Origin: Caldilineae bacterium | GTDB taxonomy: Bacteria; Chloroflexota; Anaerolineae; DTLA01 | Direction of reading: 5' to 3' | Assembly (NCBI GenBank): GCA_037446815.1 | Contig: JBBIHX010000014.1 | Span: 1 to 35,413, forward strand | Length of the DNA: 35,413 nucleotides | Notes under the pieces: generated by a model | What the model was told of the DNA's origin: nothing | Seen by the model: the letters and a program-made list of their open reading frames with translations, nothing else | Database searches by the model: none | Part shown: positions 26,328-35,413 of the stretch, piece by piece | Numbering within the stretch: position 1 is the first letter of the stretch | How the letters are laid out: each line of letters opens with the position of its first letter | Program-made: the position numbers and the translations under genes

Positions 26328-27137
26328 ATGGTTTGGATGGAGCGACGACGCAGGGTAACGAGACGCAGAGGGCGCACCTTCGCCCAGGCCCACGCCGTGC
26401 CCCGGATGGGCACCCGAGTGGTGGCTCGCCGCCAGGCCGGGCCCTCGCCGGCGCGACTCGCGGGGCTGGCGCTGGCGCTTGTCGCTGCCGTCGCCGTCCT
26501 CGCCTTCTCCACGTCGCCCGCCTTTTTCGTGTACAGCGACGAGACCCGCTACGTTGGCCTGCGCCTGCTCACGCCCGAAGCTGTGTGGCAGGCGGCAGGC
26601 ATCCCGGACGGGTTGAGCGTCTTCTTCGTTCACACAGGGCGCATCGCCCAGGCCCTGAAGGCATTGCCCGAAGTCAAGGACGCGCGGGTAACCCTGCGCA
26701 TCCCCAACCGCCTCACCATCGCCATCACCGAGCGCACCGTGCGCGCGGCGTGGACTCAGGCGGGCGGCACGTGGTGGGTGGACGAGACCGGGCGCGTGCT
26801 GGCCCAGGTGCAGGGCGACATCCCCGCCGACACCCTGCGCATCACCTCCATGGTCCCGGCCCCGCTGCAACAGGGGAACGATGTCAGTTCGGCGGCGGTG
26901 CGCGCGGCCCTGCACTATCACGAACTCGTGCCCGAGGCTGTCAGGTTCCAATACGCCGAGGATACGGGCATCTCGCTCATCATGCCGGACGGATGGCCCG
27001 TCCACCTGGGTGACGACAGCGATTGCGAACTCAAGATTGCGCGACTGAAGGCGCTGGTGGAGCACTTCGCGCAGCGGGGGATTCGTCCCGTGTACCTGGA
27101 CTTGCGCGCACCCGACGCGCCTGCGTACAGGCGCTAG
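26328..27137 (+). CDS. ftsQ: FtsQ/DivIB-like cell division protein
   Basis: Basic N-tail, one TM segment, POTRA-like LPEVKDARVTLRIPNRLTIAITER, WWVDETGRV, YLDLR. Confidence 0.82.
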   Translation: MVWMERRRRVTRRRGRTFAQAHAVPRMGTRVVARRQAGPSPARLAGLALALVAAVAVLAFSTSPAFFVYSDETRYVGLRLLTPEAVWQAAGIPDGLSVFFVHTGRIAQALKALPEVKDARVTLRIPNRLTIAITERTVRAAWTQAGGTWWVDETGRVLAQVQGDIPADTLRITSMVPAPLQQGNDVSSAAVRAALHYHELVPEAVRFQYAEDTGISLIMPDGWPVHLGDDSDCELKIARLKALVEHFAQRGIRPVYLDLRAPDAPAYRR

Positions 27138-27158
27138 GGATTGGGAGGAGATGAGGTT

Positions 27159-27515
27159 ATGTGGCTACCGCTCGTCGGTCTCCTCATCGGACTCATCATC
27201 GGGTCGGTGGTATCCATTTCCATACCGGCAGAGTACGCCCGTTACACGGCCGTGGCCATCCTGGCCGCACTGGATTCGGTTCTGGGCGCGGCGAGAGCGA
27301 ACCTGGCCGGCGATTATGACAACACCATATTCATCACGGGATTTTTCGGCAACACGCTACTGGCCGCGATTCTGACCTTTCTGGGCGATCGGCTTGGCGT
27401 GGAACTGTACTACGCGGCCATTTTCGCCTTTGGCGTCAGGCTGTTCAACAACCTGGCTCTGATCAGGCGGCATGTGCTGGCGCGTTACAGGCGCAACGTG
27501 CGCCGCGCGTCGTGA
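27159..27515 (+). CDS. sbp: Small basic protein, DUF1290 family
   Basis: MWLPLVGLLIG, YTAVAILAALDSVLG, GDRLGVELYYAAIFAFGVRLFNNLALIRR. Confidence 0.85.
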   Translation: MWLPLVGLLIGLIIGSVVSISIPAEYARYTAVAILAALDSVLGAARANLAGDYDNTIFITGFFGNTLLAAILTFLGDRLGVELYYAAIFAFGVRLFNNLALIRRHVLARYRRNVRRAS

Positions 27516-27550
27516 GCCAGACTGCCGCAGCGGGAGACAGGAGGAACCCG

Positions 27551-28768
27551 GTGGACCAACTTGTAGCAGCCATAGACATCGGAACGACCAAGGTCTGCAC
27601 CCTCATCGCCGAGGCGTCGGGCGCTAGTCCGCTGCTGCGCGTCATCGGCGTGGGCGAGCAGCCGTCCCGCGGCATGCGAAAGGGCGTCGTCGTCAACGTC
27701 TCCGAGGCCGCCGAGGCCATCGCCGCGTCGGTGGAGCAGGCCGTGCGCGTATCCGGCGTGCCCGTGGACGCGGCCTACGTCAGCGTGGGGGGCACCCATA
27801 TCACATCGCTCAACAGCCGAGGCGTTGCGGCCATCTCGCGGCCCGAACGCGGCGTTACGCAAGAGGACGTTGACCGCGCCCTGCAAGGCGCTCGGGCCAT
27901 CGCCATCCCCCACAACCAGGAGGTCATCCAGACCCTGCCGCGCGGCTACTCCATTGACGGGCACGACGGCGTTACCGACCCGCTCGGGATGCACGGCCAC
28001 CGGCTGGAGGTGGAGGCCCACGTCATCACCGCCTCCCAGTCCGCCATCCAGAACCTGCGCGATTGCGTCCTGGCCGCCAAGGTTGAGCCGCTGGGGCCGG
28101 TGCCGGAGCCCCTCGCTGCCGCGCGCGCCGTCCTCCGCCCCAGCGAACAGGAGGCGGGCGTCATCCTCGTGGACATCGGCGGCGGCACGACCAAGATCGC
28201 CGTCTTCGCCGACGGGTGCGCGCTTCACACGTCGGTCATTGCCGTTGGCGGCGTGAACATCACCAACGACATCTGCTACGGGCTGAAAGCCCCGTTTGAA
28301 GTCGCCGAAAGCATCAAGATCGCCCACGGGCACGCCATCCCCGACAAGGTGCGCCCCGATGAGACCGTGGACGTAACGTCGTTCGGCGATGAGATGCCTC
28401 AGATGGCCTCGCGCCGATTCCTGGCCGAGATCATCCAGGCCCGTGTGGAAGAAATCTTCACCCTGGTGCTCAAGGAAATCAAGCATTCGGGGTACGATAT
28501 CCTGCTATCGGCGGGGGCCGTCCTGTGTGGCGGCACGGCCCAAATGCCCGGCATCAAGGAAGTGGCCCGCGAGGTACTCCAGATGCCCGTGCGCATCGGC
28601 ATCCCCACCGACCTGGAAGGGCTAACCGACTCCATCGCCAACCCGGCCCACGCCACCAGCGTTGGCCTCCTGCGATGGGGTCTCAGCGACATGTCCGTCG
28701 TTCCCCCCGAAGAAAGCACGCTGACCGACAGAATCAAGCGTTGGTTCACAAACATCCTGCCGAGTTAG
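27551..28768 (+). CDS. ftsA: Cell division protein FtsA
   Basis: GTG at 27551 after [47 protein letters not shown]. Confidence 0.97.
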   Translation: MDQLVAAIDIGTTKVCTLIAEASGASPLLRVIGVGEQPSRGMRKGVVVNVSEAAEAIAASVEQAVRVSGVPVDAAYVSVGGTHITSLNSRGVAAISRPERGVTQEDVDRALQGARAIAIPHNQEVIQTLPRGYSIDGHDGVTDPLGMHGHRLEVEAHVITASQSAIQNLRDCVLAAKVEPLGPVPEPLAAARAVLRPSEQEAGVILVDIGGGTTKIAVFADGCALHTSVIAVGGVNITNDICYGLKAPFEVAESIKIAHGHAIPDKVRPDETVDVTSFGDEMPQMASRRFLAEIIQARVEEIFTLVLKEIKHSGYDILLSAGAVLCGGTAQMPGIKEVAREVLQMPVRIGIPTDLEGLTDSIANPAHATSVGLLRWGLSDMSVVPPEESTLTDRIKRWFTNILPS

Positions 28769-28821
28769 AGGCACACCGTAGAGAGGGAAGGACCATCACA
28801 GCGCGAAAGGAGAAGAACACT

Positions 28822-29943
28822 ATGGAGAACCTGGTAGAGCCCGAGAATTTCGCCAGAATCAAAGTCATCGGGGTGGGCGGGGCCGGCTGCAACGCAGTCA
28901 ACCGCATGATTGAGGCCGGGCTTAGCGGCGTGGAGTTCATCGCCGTCAACACCGACGTGCAGGCGCTCATGCTGTCCAAGGCCCCCAAGCGCATCTCCAT
29001 CGGCGAGAAACTGACCCGCGGCCTGGGCGCAGGCGGCGACCCCAACATCGGGCAGAAGGCCGCCGAGGAGAGCAGCGATGACCTCTACGAGGCCATCAAC
29101 GGGGCCGACATGGTCTTCATCACCGCCGGCATGGGCGGGGGAACCGGCACGGGCGCGGCCCCCATCATCAGCCAAATCGCCAAGGAGACCGGGGCGCTGA
29201 CCATCGGCGTGGTAACCAAGCCCTTCAGTTTTGAGGGCCAGCGCAAACAGCGCACCGCCCAGGAGGGCCTAGAGCGCCTGCGCGAGCAGGTCAACACCCT
29301 CATCGTCATCCCCAACGACCGACTCCTGAGCATCGTGGACAAGAAAGCGCCCGTCGTGGAAGCCTTCCGCGTCGCCGACGACGCGCTGCGCCAGGGCATC
29401 CAGGGCATCTCGGAGGTCGTAACGGTGCCCGGGATGATCAACGTGGACTTCGCCGACGTCCGCGCCGTCATGCAGGAAGGCGGCTCGGCCCTCATGGCCG
29501 TGGGACGCGGCAAGGGCGAGAACCGCGCCGTGGATGCCGCGAAAGCCGCCATCGCCAGCCCGCTCCTGGACATCACCATTGAGGGCGCGCGCGGCGTGCT
29601 GTTCAACATCACCGCGGGCCGCGACCTGACCCTGGCAGAAGTGGACGCCGCCGCCAACGTCATCAAGGCCACGGCAGACCCCGACGCCAACATCATCTTC
29701 GGCGCCGTCATCAACGAAAGCATGAGCGACGAGGTGCAGATCACCGTCATCGCCACGGGGTTTGACGCCAAGGGCAAGGTCTTGCCCAAGCCTGCCGCGA
29801 CGGTTGTCCCGCAGGCGCGGGCGGCAGCCACCGGCACCGACGGCAAGATTCGCGAATTCCCGGTGCGCATCGTCAACGCGGACGACATTGAAGTCCCCGC
29901 GTTCATTCGCAACGCCATGAGCAAAGGGCCCAAGCAGAACTAG
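28822..29943 (+). CDS. ftsZ: Cell division protein FtsZ
   Basis: [26 protein letters not shown] tubulin signature, NVDFADV, C-terminal [18 protein letters not shown]. Confidence 0.99.
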   Translation: MENLVEPENFARIKVIGVGGAGCNAVNRMIEAGLSGVEFIAVNTDVQALMLSKAPKRISIGEKLTRGLGAGGDPNIGQKAAEESSDDLYEAINGADMVFITAGMGGGTGTGAAPIISQIAKETGALTIGVVTKPFSFEGQRKQRTAQEGLERLREQVNTLIVIPNDRLLSIVDKKAPVVEAFRVADDALRQGIQGISEVVTVPGMINVDFADVRAVMQEGGSALMAVGRGKGENRAVDAAKAAIASPLLDITIEGARGVLFNITAGRDLTLAEVDAAANVIKATADPDANIIFGAVINESMSDEVQITVIATGFDAKGKVLPKPAATVVPQARAAATGTDGKIREFPVRIVNADDIEVPAFIRNAMSKGPKQN

Positions 29944-30194
29944 CCCATAGGCGCGCCGCGGCCACGCCTACCTTCCAGCCGACCGGCCCGCGCAGCGCCG
30001 AGCGCCCCGCGTGCCTGGCGTGGCTCTACACCATCATAGCCCGCGTCGCGTCTCCCGAGAGGAGCCCGCCCGTTGCCCCGCCGCCATCGCGAGGAAACGG
30101 GCGGGCGGGTTCCTGGGGCCGTCGCCCGACGCCGCTGCCTCTCGGCCCCTAACCTTAAATCTTCTTGCGCGCACATTTTTCAAACACAAAACCC

Positions 30195-30223
30195 TTGCAT
30201 TATCGGCGCATTTGTGGTACACT
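30195..30223 (+). promoter_or_regulatory. sigma70 promoter for nrdR-nrdJ
   Basis: TTGCAT (30195-30200), 17-bp spacer, TACACT (30218-30223) with extended -10 TG; A/T-rich region upstream. Confidence 0.7.
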
Positions 30224-30232
30224 GGGACTGCT

Positions 30233-30280
30233 CCACGACACATAGTGCCTAAGCCGCACACCCCACCCTATATGTGGTAT
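30233..30280 (+). promoter_or_regulatory. Tandem NrdR boxes
   Basis: CCACGACACATAGTGC (30233-30248) and ACCCTATATGTGGTAT (30265-30280) fit acaCwAtATaTwGtgt; starts are 32 bp apart, the typical NrdR-box spacing. Confidence 0.78.
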
Positions 30281-30350
30281 GGTGTCGCCATCTTTCCCGT
30301 GCGGGGAGCACTGTCGCCTCATCCGGCAGGCGACATCCAAGGAGGAGCCC

Positions 30351-30824
30351 GTGCAGTGTCCTAATTGCGGAGAACCGAACACCCAAGTTGTGGACACCCG
30401 CATGATCACCAATGGGGTGCGCCGCCGTCGCCAATGCCCGCGCTGCGGCGAGCGGTTCACCACCTACGAGTACCCCGTGTCCACAACTCCCCTTGTGGTC
30501 AAGAACGACGGCCGCCGCGAGGAGTTTGATCGCAGCAAACTCCTGTCGGGCATCCGCAAGGCCTGCGCCAAGCGCCCCGTCAGCGCCGAGCAGATTGAAA
30601 GCATCGTCGCCAGCGTGGAAAACCAGATTCGCAACTCCCGCGCAAAAGAAATCTCCTCCGCCAAGATCGGCCAGATGGTGCTGGAACAACTCCGGCAGAT
30701 AGACAAGGTTGCCTATATCCGCTTCGCCTCGGTATATCTCCGCATGGACGATCTGGAAGCCCTCAAACAAGAGGTTGAGAAACTTCTGAAGTCCGGCGAT
30801 CAGGAACCCGCACCGCGCCCATAG
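30351..30824 (+). CDS. nrdR: Transcriptional repressor NrdR
   Basis: GTG after GGAGG; CPNC...[17 protein letters not shown] zinc ribbon; ATP-cone with [10 protein letters not shown]. Confidence 0.98.
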   Translation: MQCPNCGEPNTQVVDTRMITNGVRRRRQCPRCGERFTTYEYPVSTTPLVVKNDGRREEFDRSKLLSGIRKACAKRPVSAEQIESIVASVENQIRNSRAKEISSAKIGQMVLEQLRQIDKVAYIRFASVYLRMDDLEALKQEVEKLLKSGDQEPAPRP

Positions 30825-30835
30825 GAGAAGACCCT

Positions 30836-33115
30836 ATGATTACCCTGGAACCCTCTTTGACTGCGAATGCCCTGACCGTACTGAAGAAGCGGTATCTGCG
30901 CAAGGACGAACACGGCAACGCCGTGGAGACCCCCGCCGACATGTTCTGGCGGGTGGCGTCCAACGTCGCCCAGGCCGAGCGACTGTACGGCCCCGAGGAC
31001 CGCGTGGAGTTCTGGGCCCAAGCCTTCCACGAACTCATGGTCTCGCTGGACTTCCTGCCGAACTCCCCGACGCTGATGAACGCGGGTCGCAGGCTCCAGC
31101 AACTGTCGGCGTGCTTCGTCCTGCCGGTAGAAGACTCCATGGTGAGCATTTTTGAGGGCATCAAGAACACCGCCCTCATCCACCAGAGCGGCGGCGGCAC
31201 CGGCTTCTCCTTTTCCCGCCTGCGCCCCAAGAACGACGTGGTGCAATCCACCAAGGGCATCTCCAGCGGCCCCGTCTCGTTCATGAAGGTCTTTGACGCC
31301 GCTACCGAGGCCATCAAGCAAGGCGGCACCCGTCGCGGGGCCAACATGGCCGTCCTGCGCGTGGACCATCCCGACATCCTGGAGTTCATCACCGCCAAAG
31401 ACCAGGAGGGAGTCCTGTCCAACTTCAACCTGTCCGTCGGCATCACCGCCGAGTTCATGAAGGCCCTCGCCGAAGACGCCGACTACCCCCTCATCAACCC
31501 GCGCAACCGCCAGGAAACGGGCCGACTCAAGGCGCGCGACGTGTTTGACCTCATCACCCAGATGGCCTGGAAGAACGGCGAGCCGGGCGTCATCTTCCTG
31601 GACCGCATCAACGCGGCCAACCCCACGCCCCACGTCGGCGAGATTGAGAGCACCAACCCCTGCGGAGAGCAGCCGCTCCTCCCCTACGAATCCTGCAACC
31701 TCGGCTCCGTCAACTTGGCCCACATGGTTCGCGATGGGGCCGTGGACTGGGAGAAACTGCGCCAGGTCGTCAAGGTCGCCGTGCGCTTCCTGGACGATGT
31801 GATTGACATGAACCGATACCCCCTGCCCCAGATTGAGGAACTGACCAAGGGCAACCGCAAAATCGGCCTGGGCGTCATGGGATTTGCGGAGATGCTCATC
31901 CAGTTGGGCATCCCCTACGACTCGGATCAGGCCGTGGAGATGGCGGAGGCCATCATGCGCTCGGTGCAAGCCACCGCGTGGGAGACCTCGGCTTCCCTCG
32001 CCAAAGAGCGCGGCGCCTTCCCCAACTACAAGGGCAGCCGCCTGGACCGGCCCGGCGCGCCGCCTGTCCGCAACGCCACCGTAACCACCATCGCCCCCAC
32101 CGGCAGCATCAGCATCATCGCCGGCTGCTCCAGCGGAATTGAGCCGCTGTTCGCGTTGGTCTACACGCGCCACGTGCTGGACAACGCCACCCTGCCCGAG
32201 GTCAATCCGCTCTTTGAGCGGGTGGCGCACGAGCGCGGGTTCTACTCGCCCGAACTCATAGACACCATCGCGCAGCGCGGGAGCGTCCGCGGGCTGGATG
32301 CCGTGCCCGAGGATGTGCAGCGCATCTTCCCCACCGCCCACGACATCGCGCCCGAATGGCACGTTCGCGTCCAGGCCGCCTTCCAGCGCTACACCGACAA
32401 CGCCGTGTCCAAGACCATCAACTTCCCCCATGAGGCTACCGTGGAGGACGTGCGCAAAGCGTACCTGCTCGCCTACGAACTGGGGTGCAAGGGCATCACG
32501 GTGTACCGCGACGGGAGCCGCACGACCCAGGTGTTGCGCAAGGGCCGCAGCGACAAGCCCGCCCAGGCCGGCCAGCCCGCGGAGCCACAGGAAGCCGCGC
32601 CCGCGATAACCCGCACCCCCCGCATGCGTCCCGTCGTTACGCGCGGCATCACCGAGAAGGTCTCGCTGGGCTGCAACCGCACCCTGTACATCACCATCAA
32701 CGAGGATGAAAAGGGCCTGTGCGAGGTCTTCCTGCAGATGGGCAAGTCGGGCGGGTGCACCGCCTCTCAGTCCGAGGCCATCGGGCGGCTCATCTCCCTC
32801 AGCCTGCGCTCGGGCATAGAGCCACGGGCCATCATCAAGCAACTGAAGGGCATCCGCTGCCCCTTCCCCGTGTGGCACAATGGCAACGTCGCCTTCTCAT
32901 GCTCCGATGCCATCGGCCGCGCCTTGGAGCGGTACCTGGGGATTCAGTCGCCGCAGGCCGAAACGCCCCACGAAACGCATCAGGGAACGCATGAGCGGCC
33001 CGCCGACAAGTTCCCACTGGACTTCTCGCCCGAATGCCCGGAGTGCGGCGGCATCCTGGAGTTCGTAGAGGGGTGCATGACCTGCCGCATGTGCGGCTAC
33101 TCGCAGTGCGGATGA
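30836..33115 (+). CDS. nrdJ: Adenosylcobalamin-dependent (class II) ribonucleotide reductase with C-terminal TSCPD-like and Zn-ribbon region
   Basis: [57 protein letters not shown]...CRMCGYSQC; no beta-subunit gene nearby. Confidence 0.93.
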   Translation: MITLEPSLTANALTVLKKRYLRKDEHGNAVETPADMFWRVASNVAQAERLYGPEDRVEFWAQAFHELMVSLDFLPNSPTLMNAGRRLQQLSACFVLPVEDSMVSIFEGIKNTALIHQSGGGTGFSFSRLRPKNDVVQSTKGISSGPVSFMKVFDAATEAIKQGGTRRGANMAVLRVDHPDILEFITAKDQEGVLSNFNLSVGITAEFMKALAEDADYPLINPRNRQETGRLKARDVFDLITQMAWKNGEPGVIFLDRINAANPTPHVGEIESTNPCGEQPLLPYESCNLGSVNLAHMVRDGAVDWEKLRQVVKVAVRFLDDVIDMNRYPLPQIEELTKGNRKIGLGVMGFAEMLIQLGIPYDSDQAVEMAEAIMRSVQATAWETSASLAKERGAFPNYKGSRLDRPGAPPVRNATVTTIAPTGSISIIAGCSSGIEPLFALVYTRHVLDNATLPEVNPLFERVAHERGFYSPELIDTIAQRGSVRGLDAVPEDVQRIFPTAHDIAPEWHVRVQAAFQRYTDNAVSKTINFPHEATVEDVRKAYLLAYELGCKGITVYRDGSRTTQVLRKGRSDKPAQAGQPAEPQEAAPAITRTPRMRPVVTRGITEKVSLGCNRTLYITINEDEKGLCEVFLQMGKSGGCTASQSEAIGRLISLSLRSGIEPRAIIKQLKGIRCPFPVWHNGNVAFSCSDAIGRALERYLGIQSPQAETPHETHQGTHERPADKFPLDFSPECPECGGILEFVEGCMTCRMCGYSQCG

Positions 33116-33125
33116 GCCCACAGAT

Positions 33126-33144
33126 GTAGGGCAATTTGCCCTAC
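33126..33144. repeat. GTAG-type palindrome (REP-like)
   Basis: GTAGGGCAA-T-TTGCCCTAC, a perfect 9-bp inverted repeat starting 11 bp after the nrdJ stop. Confidence 0.6.
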
Positions 33145-33221
33145 CGGGAGCGCCGGCGCCAACCGAACGTGGGGTTTGCAGAATGCGCTTGCCCGCCAGG
33201 AGCATTCCGCAATCAATCCTG

Positions 33222-33371
33222 GAGTCGGTTTCATCTTGTGTTGGTGAAACGCAAGGACACTCTCCTCGTGTGTCGTTGCGAGCGAAGCGAAGCAACCTCA
33301 CGCCCCAGAGATTGCTTCGGGCGCTCCGCGCCCTCGCAATGACAAATGCCAACAGACTTTGGAACCGAATC
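33222..33371 (+). mobile_element. 150-bp MITE-like element, copy 3 (target duplication CAATCCTG at 33214-33221 and 33372-33379)
   Basis: Same termini and length as 3221-3370; exact 8-bp flanking direct repeat. Confidence 0.85.
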
Positions 33372-33462
33372 CAATCCTGCGACGCACTTCAAACGCTGCC
33401 GCGCTACCCTTGGAGCCTGATGGCGCTATGCCACCACACAGCGCGTTCCTAGCGAGCGTCAA

Positions 33463-34941
33463 TTAGGACGCCTTCAGCCTCGCCGCCACCGCCTCGCTCA
33501 CCGCCGTTACGGCCCGCGCCTTGCGCACGAACCCCTCCAGATGAATATCGTCCACGTACATGGACAGATGCAGGACGCGGCCCGCGGCGCTGACCCGCCT
33601 CAACGCCACAAGAGGGAACTTCCACGCCGGCGTTACCGGCTTGAACGAAAGGGGCAACCAATCACGGAATGCCGCGACCCGATCATCCAGCCGCTGCATT
33701 TCGTACAGATTCGGGTTCTTCAGATGATGCCGCAGGTCGTCGGTATGGTGCGTGAGCGCGCGAATGCGGTTCTCTGCATCCTCCAGAAGCCGCGCCAGAT
33801 CCGCGGGGAAGCGCCGCAACTGGGGATCCTGCGCCCGCGTCCGCGCCCACGCCCGCATGGCCTGCTTCAGGCGCTCGTCGTAGGCATCCAGCGTGTCCAG
33901 TTCCTTGGCGATGAGCGCCGTCTCCTGGGCCGACAGCCCGCCCTTCTCGGCGCCGCGGATGATTTCCAGCAGGCGATCCAGCAGCACCAGCATGCCCGCC
34001 TGGCGCAAGTCCAACTGCCGCTCCCGCCGCAGCGCCGAAATCCCCCAGCGCAACTCGCGCCCGCGCGGAGACTTCGGGTCGCATTCGGCCCGCGCCCGGC
34101 GCATGGCCTCCACCTTGGCCGACAGGTCGCCCAGAATGTACGGATTCGCATCGGCCGCCTCGCGAAGCAGACTCTCGGCCTCCTCCAGCGACACGTGGTC
34201 GGGCACGGCGACCTCCAGCGTTACGCGCAGGTCGGGGCTGGGCCGCGTCAGGTTGGTGATCTTCGCCGCCGCAAGGACGCTGTTGGGGACGTAGACATCG
34301 CAGTGTTCCTCGGTGTTGTAGAGGGTTGTAACCCGCAGACCGATGCGGCGAATCTGGCACACCACGCCATCCCAGATGATAAGGTCGCCGAAGCGGAACG
34401 GCGTGTCTATCAGAAGGGTCAGCCCGCCCAGGATATTGCCCAGCGTCTCGCGCAACGCCAGGCCCACGATGAGCGCCGCGCCGCCCGTCGTCAGCACCAC
34501 GGTGGACACATCGGCCCCAAGCAAGCGCAGCGCGAGAATCGCGCCGACGCCGCCGATCACCACGGGGGCGAGCACGTCCAGCACGGGCAACAGGACATCG
34601 TCAAAACTGGACTCGCTGCGCTTGGCCAGTTGGCGGCCGTAGTACAGCACGGTATCCCGCACAAACCGCCACACGGCCCAGGTCGTAACCCCGATGCGCA
34701 GCAGATTGGCGACGGTGTCCACCGTGGCCTTGGTCCCCTCCGCCAGCGCGGAGTGATGCGTCAGGTTGATGACAGCGGTGAGGATGAGGAGGAGCACCAC
34801 CGGCCACTGCAGGACGCCGACGATGACATCGTCAACGTCATCCGGCGTGCGTCGCGCCCACCACGCCAGCAACCCAAACAGCAGGACCGCGGCCCCCGCG
34901 ATGACGCCCAGCCAAGACAGAAAGAGGGATGTGCTTGGCAT
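33463..34941 (-). CDS. MscS-family mechanosensitive channel with a large C-terminal insertion
   Basis: ATG at 34941 after GGAGGA; N-terminal TM segments, GLALRETLGNILGG, PFRFGDLI, IGLRVT, VPNSVL, ITNLTRP. Confidence 0.85.
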   Translation of the reverse strand: MPSTSLFLSWLGVIAGAAVLLFGLLAWWARRTPDDVDDVIVGVLQWPVVLLLILTAVINLTHHSALAEGTKATVDTVANLLRIGVTTWAVWRFVRDTVLYYGRQLAKRSESSFDDVLLPVLDVLAPVVIGGVGAILALRLLGADVSTVVLTTGGAALIVGLALRETLGNILGGLTLLIDTPFRFGDLIIWDGVVCQIRRIGLRVTTLYNTEEHCDVYVPNSVLAAAKITNLTRPSPDLRVTLEVAVPDHVSLEEAESLLREAADANPYILGDLSAKVEAMRRARAECDPKSPRGRELRWGISALRRERQLDLRQAGMLVLLDRLLEIIRGAEKGGLSAQETALIAKELDTLDAYDERLKQAMRAWARTRAQDPQLRRFPADLARLLEDAENRIRALTHHTDDLRHHLKNPNLYEMQRLDDRVAAFRDWLPLSFKPVTPAWKFPLVALRRVSAAGRVLHLSMYVDDIHLEGFVRKARAVTAVSEAVAARLKAS

Positions 34942-35119
34942 ACGTTCCTCCGCAGCAAGCATACAACGCGACGAGGGCTACGGGCCGGCCCCGCGGCCAT
35001 ACCCGTCGCACGATTGGATGGCACATTGCGCAGAGGCATCAGCGCGGGAGTCTAGCGTGTCCCGCGCAGGGCGCCGCGCCTGCTCCACAGCCACAGGTGT
35101 AGGTTGTACAGGGCCGGTA

Positions 35120-35341
35120 TCAGCCGACCTGGATGATTTCCACCGGGCAGCCGTCGGCGGCAGCCTTGGCGCAATCTACCAAATCGTCGGGAATCTCGCC
35201 TTCCCCAGGGTTCCCACCGACCTGGTATTTTGCCACGATCTGGCTGTTGCCATCGTCGGGGTTCTCTTCAAACACGGCGTCGCAGTCCGACCAGCATGCG
35301 CCGCAGGCGATGCACTCATCACGATTGATGGTTACCTTCAT
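35120..35341 (-). CDS. Single-cluster ferredoxin
   Basis: ATG at 35341 after AGGAGG; CIACGACWSDC...AADGCPVEII. Confidence 0.9.
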   Translation of the reverse strand: MKVTINRDECIACGACWSDCDAVFEENPDDGNSQIVAKYQVGGNPGEGEIPDDLVDCAKAAADGCPVEIIQVG

Positions 35342-35378
35342 GGCCGACCCCTCCTGCACGGATCAAAATACGACTCAC

Positions 35379-35407
35379 AGTGTACGGATATTCGCCCGCC
35401 CTGTCAA
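35379..35407 (-). promoter_or_regulatory. sigma70 promoter for the ferredoxin gene
   Basis: TTGACA (35407-35402), 17-bp spacer, TACACT (35384-35379). Confidence 0.72.
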
Positions 35408-35413
35408 GCCGCC

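Noticed and set aside
29944..30350. Cobalamin riboswitch upstream of the B12-dependent reductase operon
   Set aside because: No B12-box or core riboswitch motifs found; the promoter and NrdR boxes explain the region
30836..33115. Intein or intron in nrdJ
   Set aside because: The ORF is continuous with normal motif spacing and no splicing or homing-endonuclease motifs
32897..33452. Short ORFs spanning MITE copy 3
   Set aside because: Translations of the palindromic element; the same peptides recur at copies 1 and 2
35042..35067. GCGCGGGA/TCCCGCGC hairpin as the ferredoxin terminator
   Set aside because: The stem is present but has no U-tract on either strand, so a terminator call is not supported

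Overview
GC-rich bacterial housekeeping region, most likely Chloroflexota (Anaerolineae-like; inferred from RpoB/RpoC insertions, the S12 insertion and dcw gene content). Minus strand, left: rpoB-rpoC-rpsL-rpsG-fusA-tuf (tuf truncated by the window edge). Head-to-head on the plus strand: rnpB (type A RNase P RNA), then a dcw cluster (mraZ, rsmH, ftsL-like, ftsI-like PBP, murF, mraY, murD, ftsW, murG, two CvpA-like membrane proteins, murC, ddl, ftsQ-like, DUF1290/sbp, ftsA, ftsZ), then nrdR-nrdJ. Right end, minus strand: a ferredoxin and an MscS-family channel with a large insertion. Near-consensus sigma70 promoters, MraZ boxes and NrdR boxes can be read directly. The most interesting signals are: (1) a 150-bp MITE-like element with imperfect terminal inverted repeats and 8-bp target duplications ending in CCTG, carrying a palindromic core, in two clean copies plus a 277-bp composite copy that holds two other repeat types; (2) a str-operon EF-G with EF-G2 (ribosome-recycling type) signatures; (3) strong avoidance of TCGA, AGCT and GTSAC, which visibly reshapes codon choice; (4) long, structured rpsL and rpoB leaders; (5) dcw oddities (CvpA pair, 92-nt ftsW/murG overlap, no murE or murB). 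No transposase, CRISPR array, tRNA or rRNA was seen. All calls were made by eye, without database searches.
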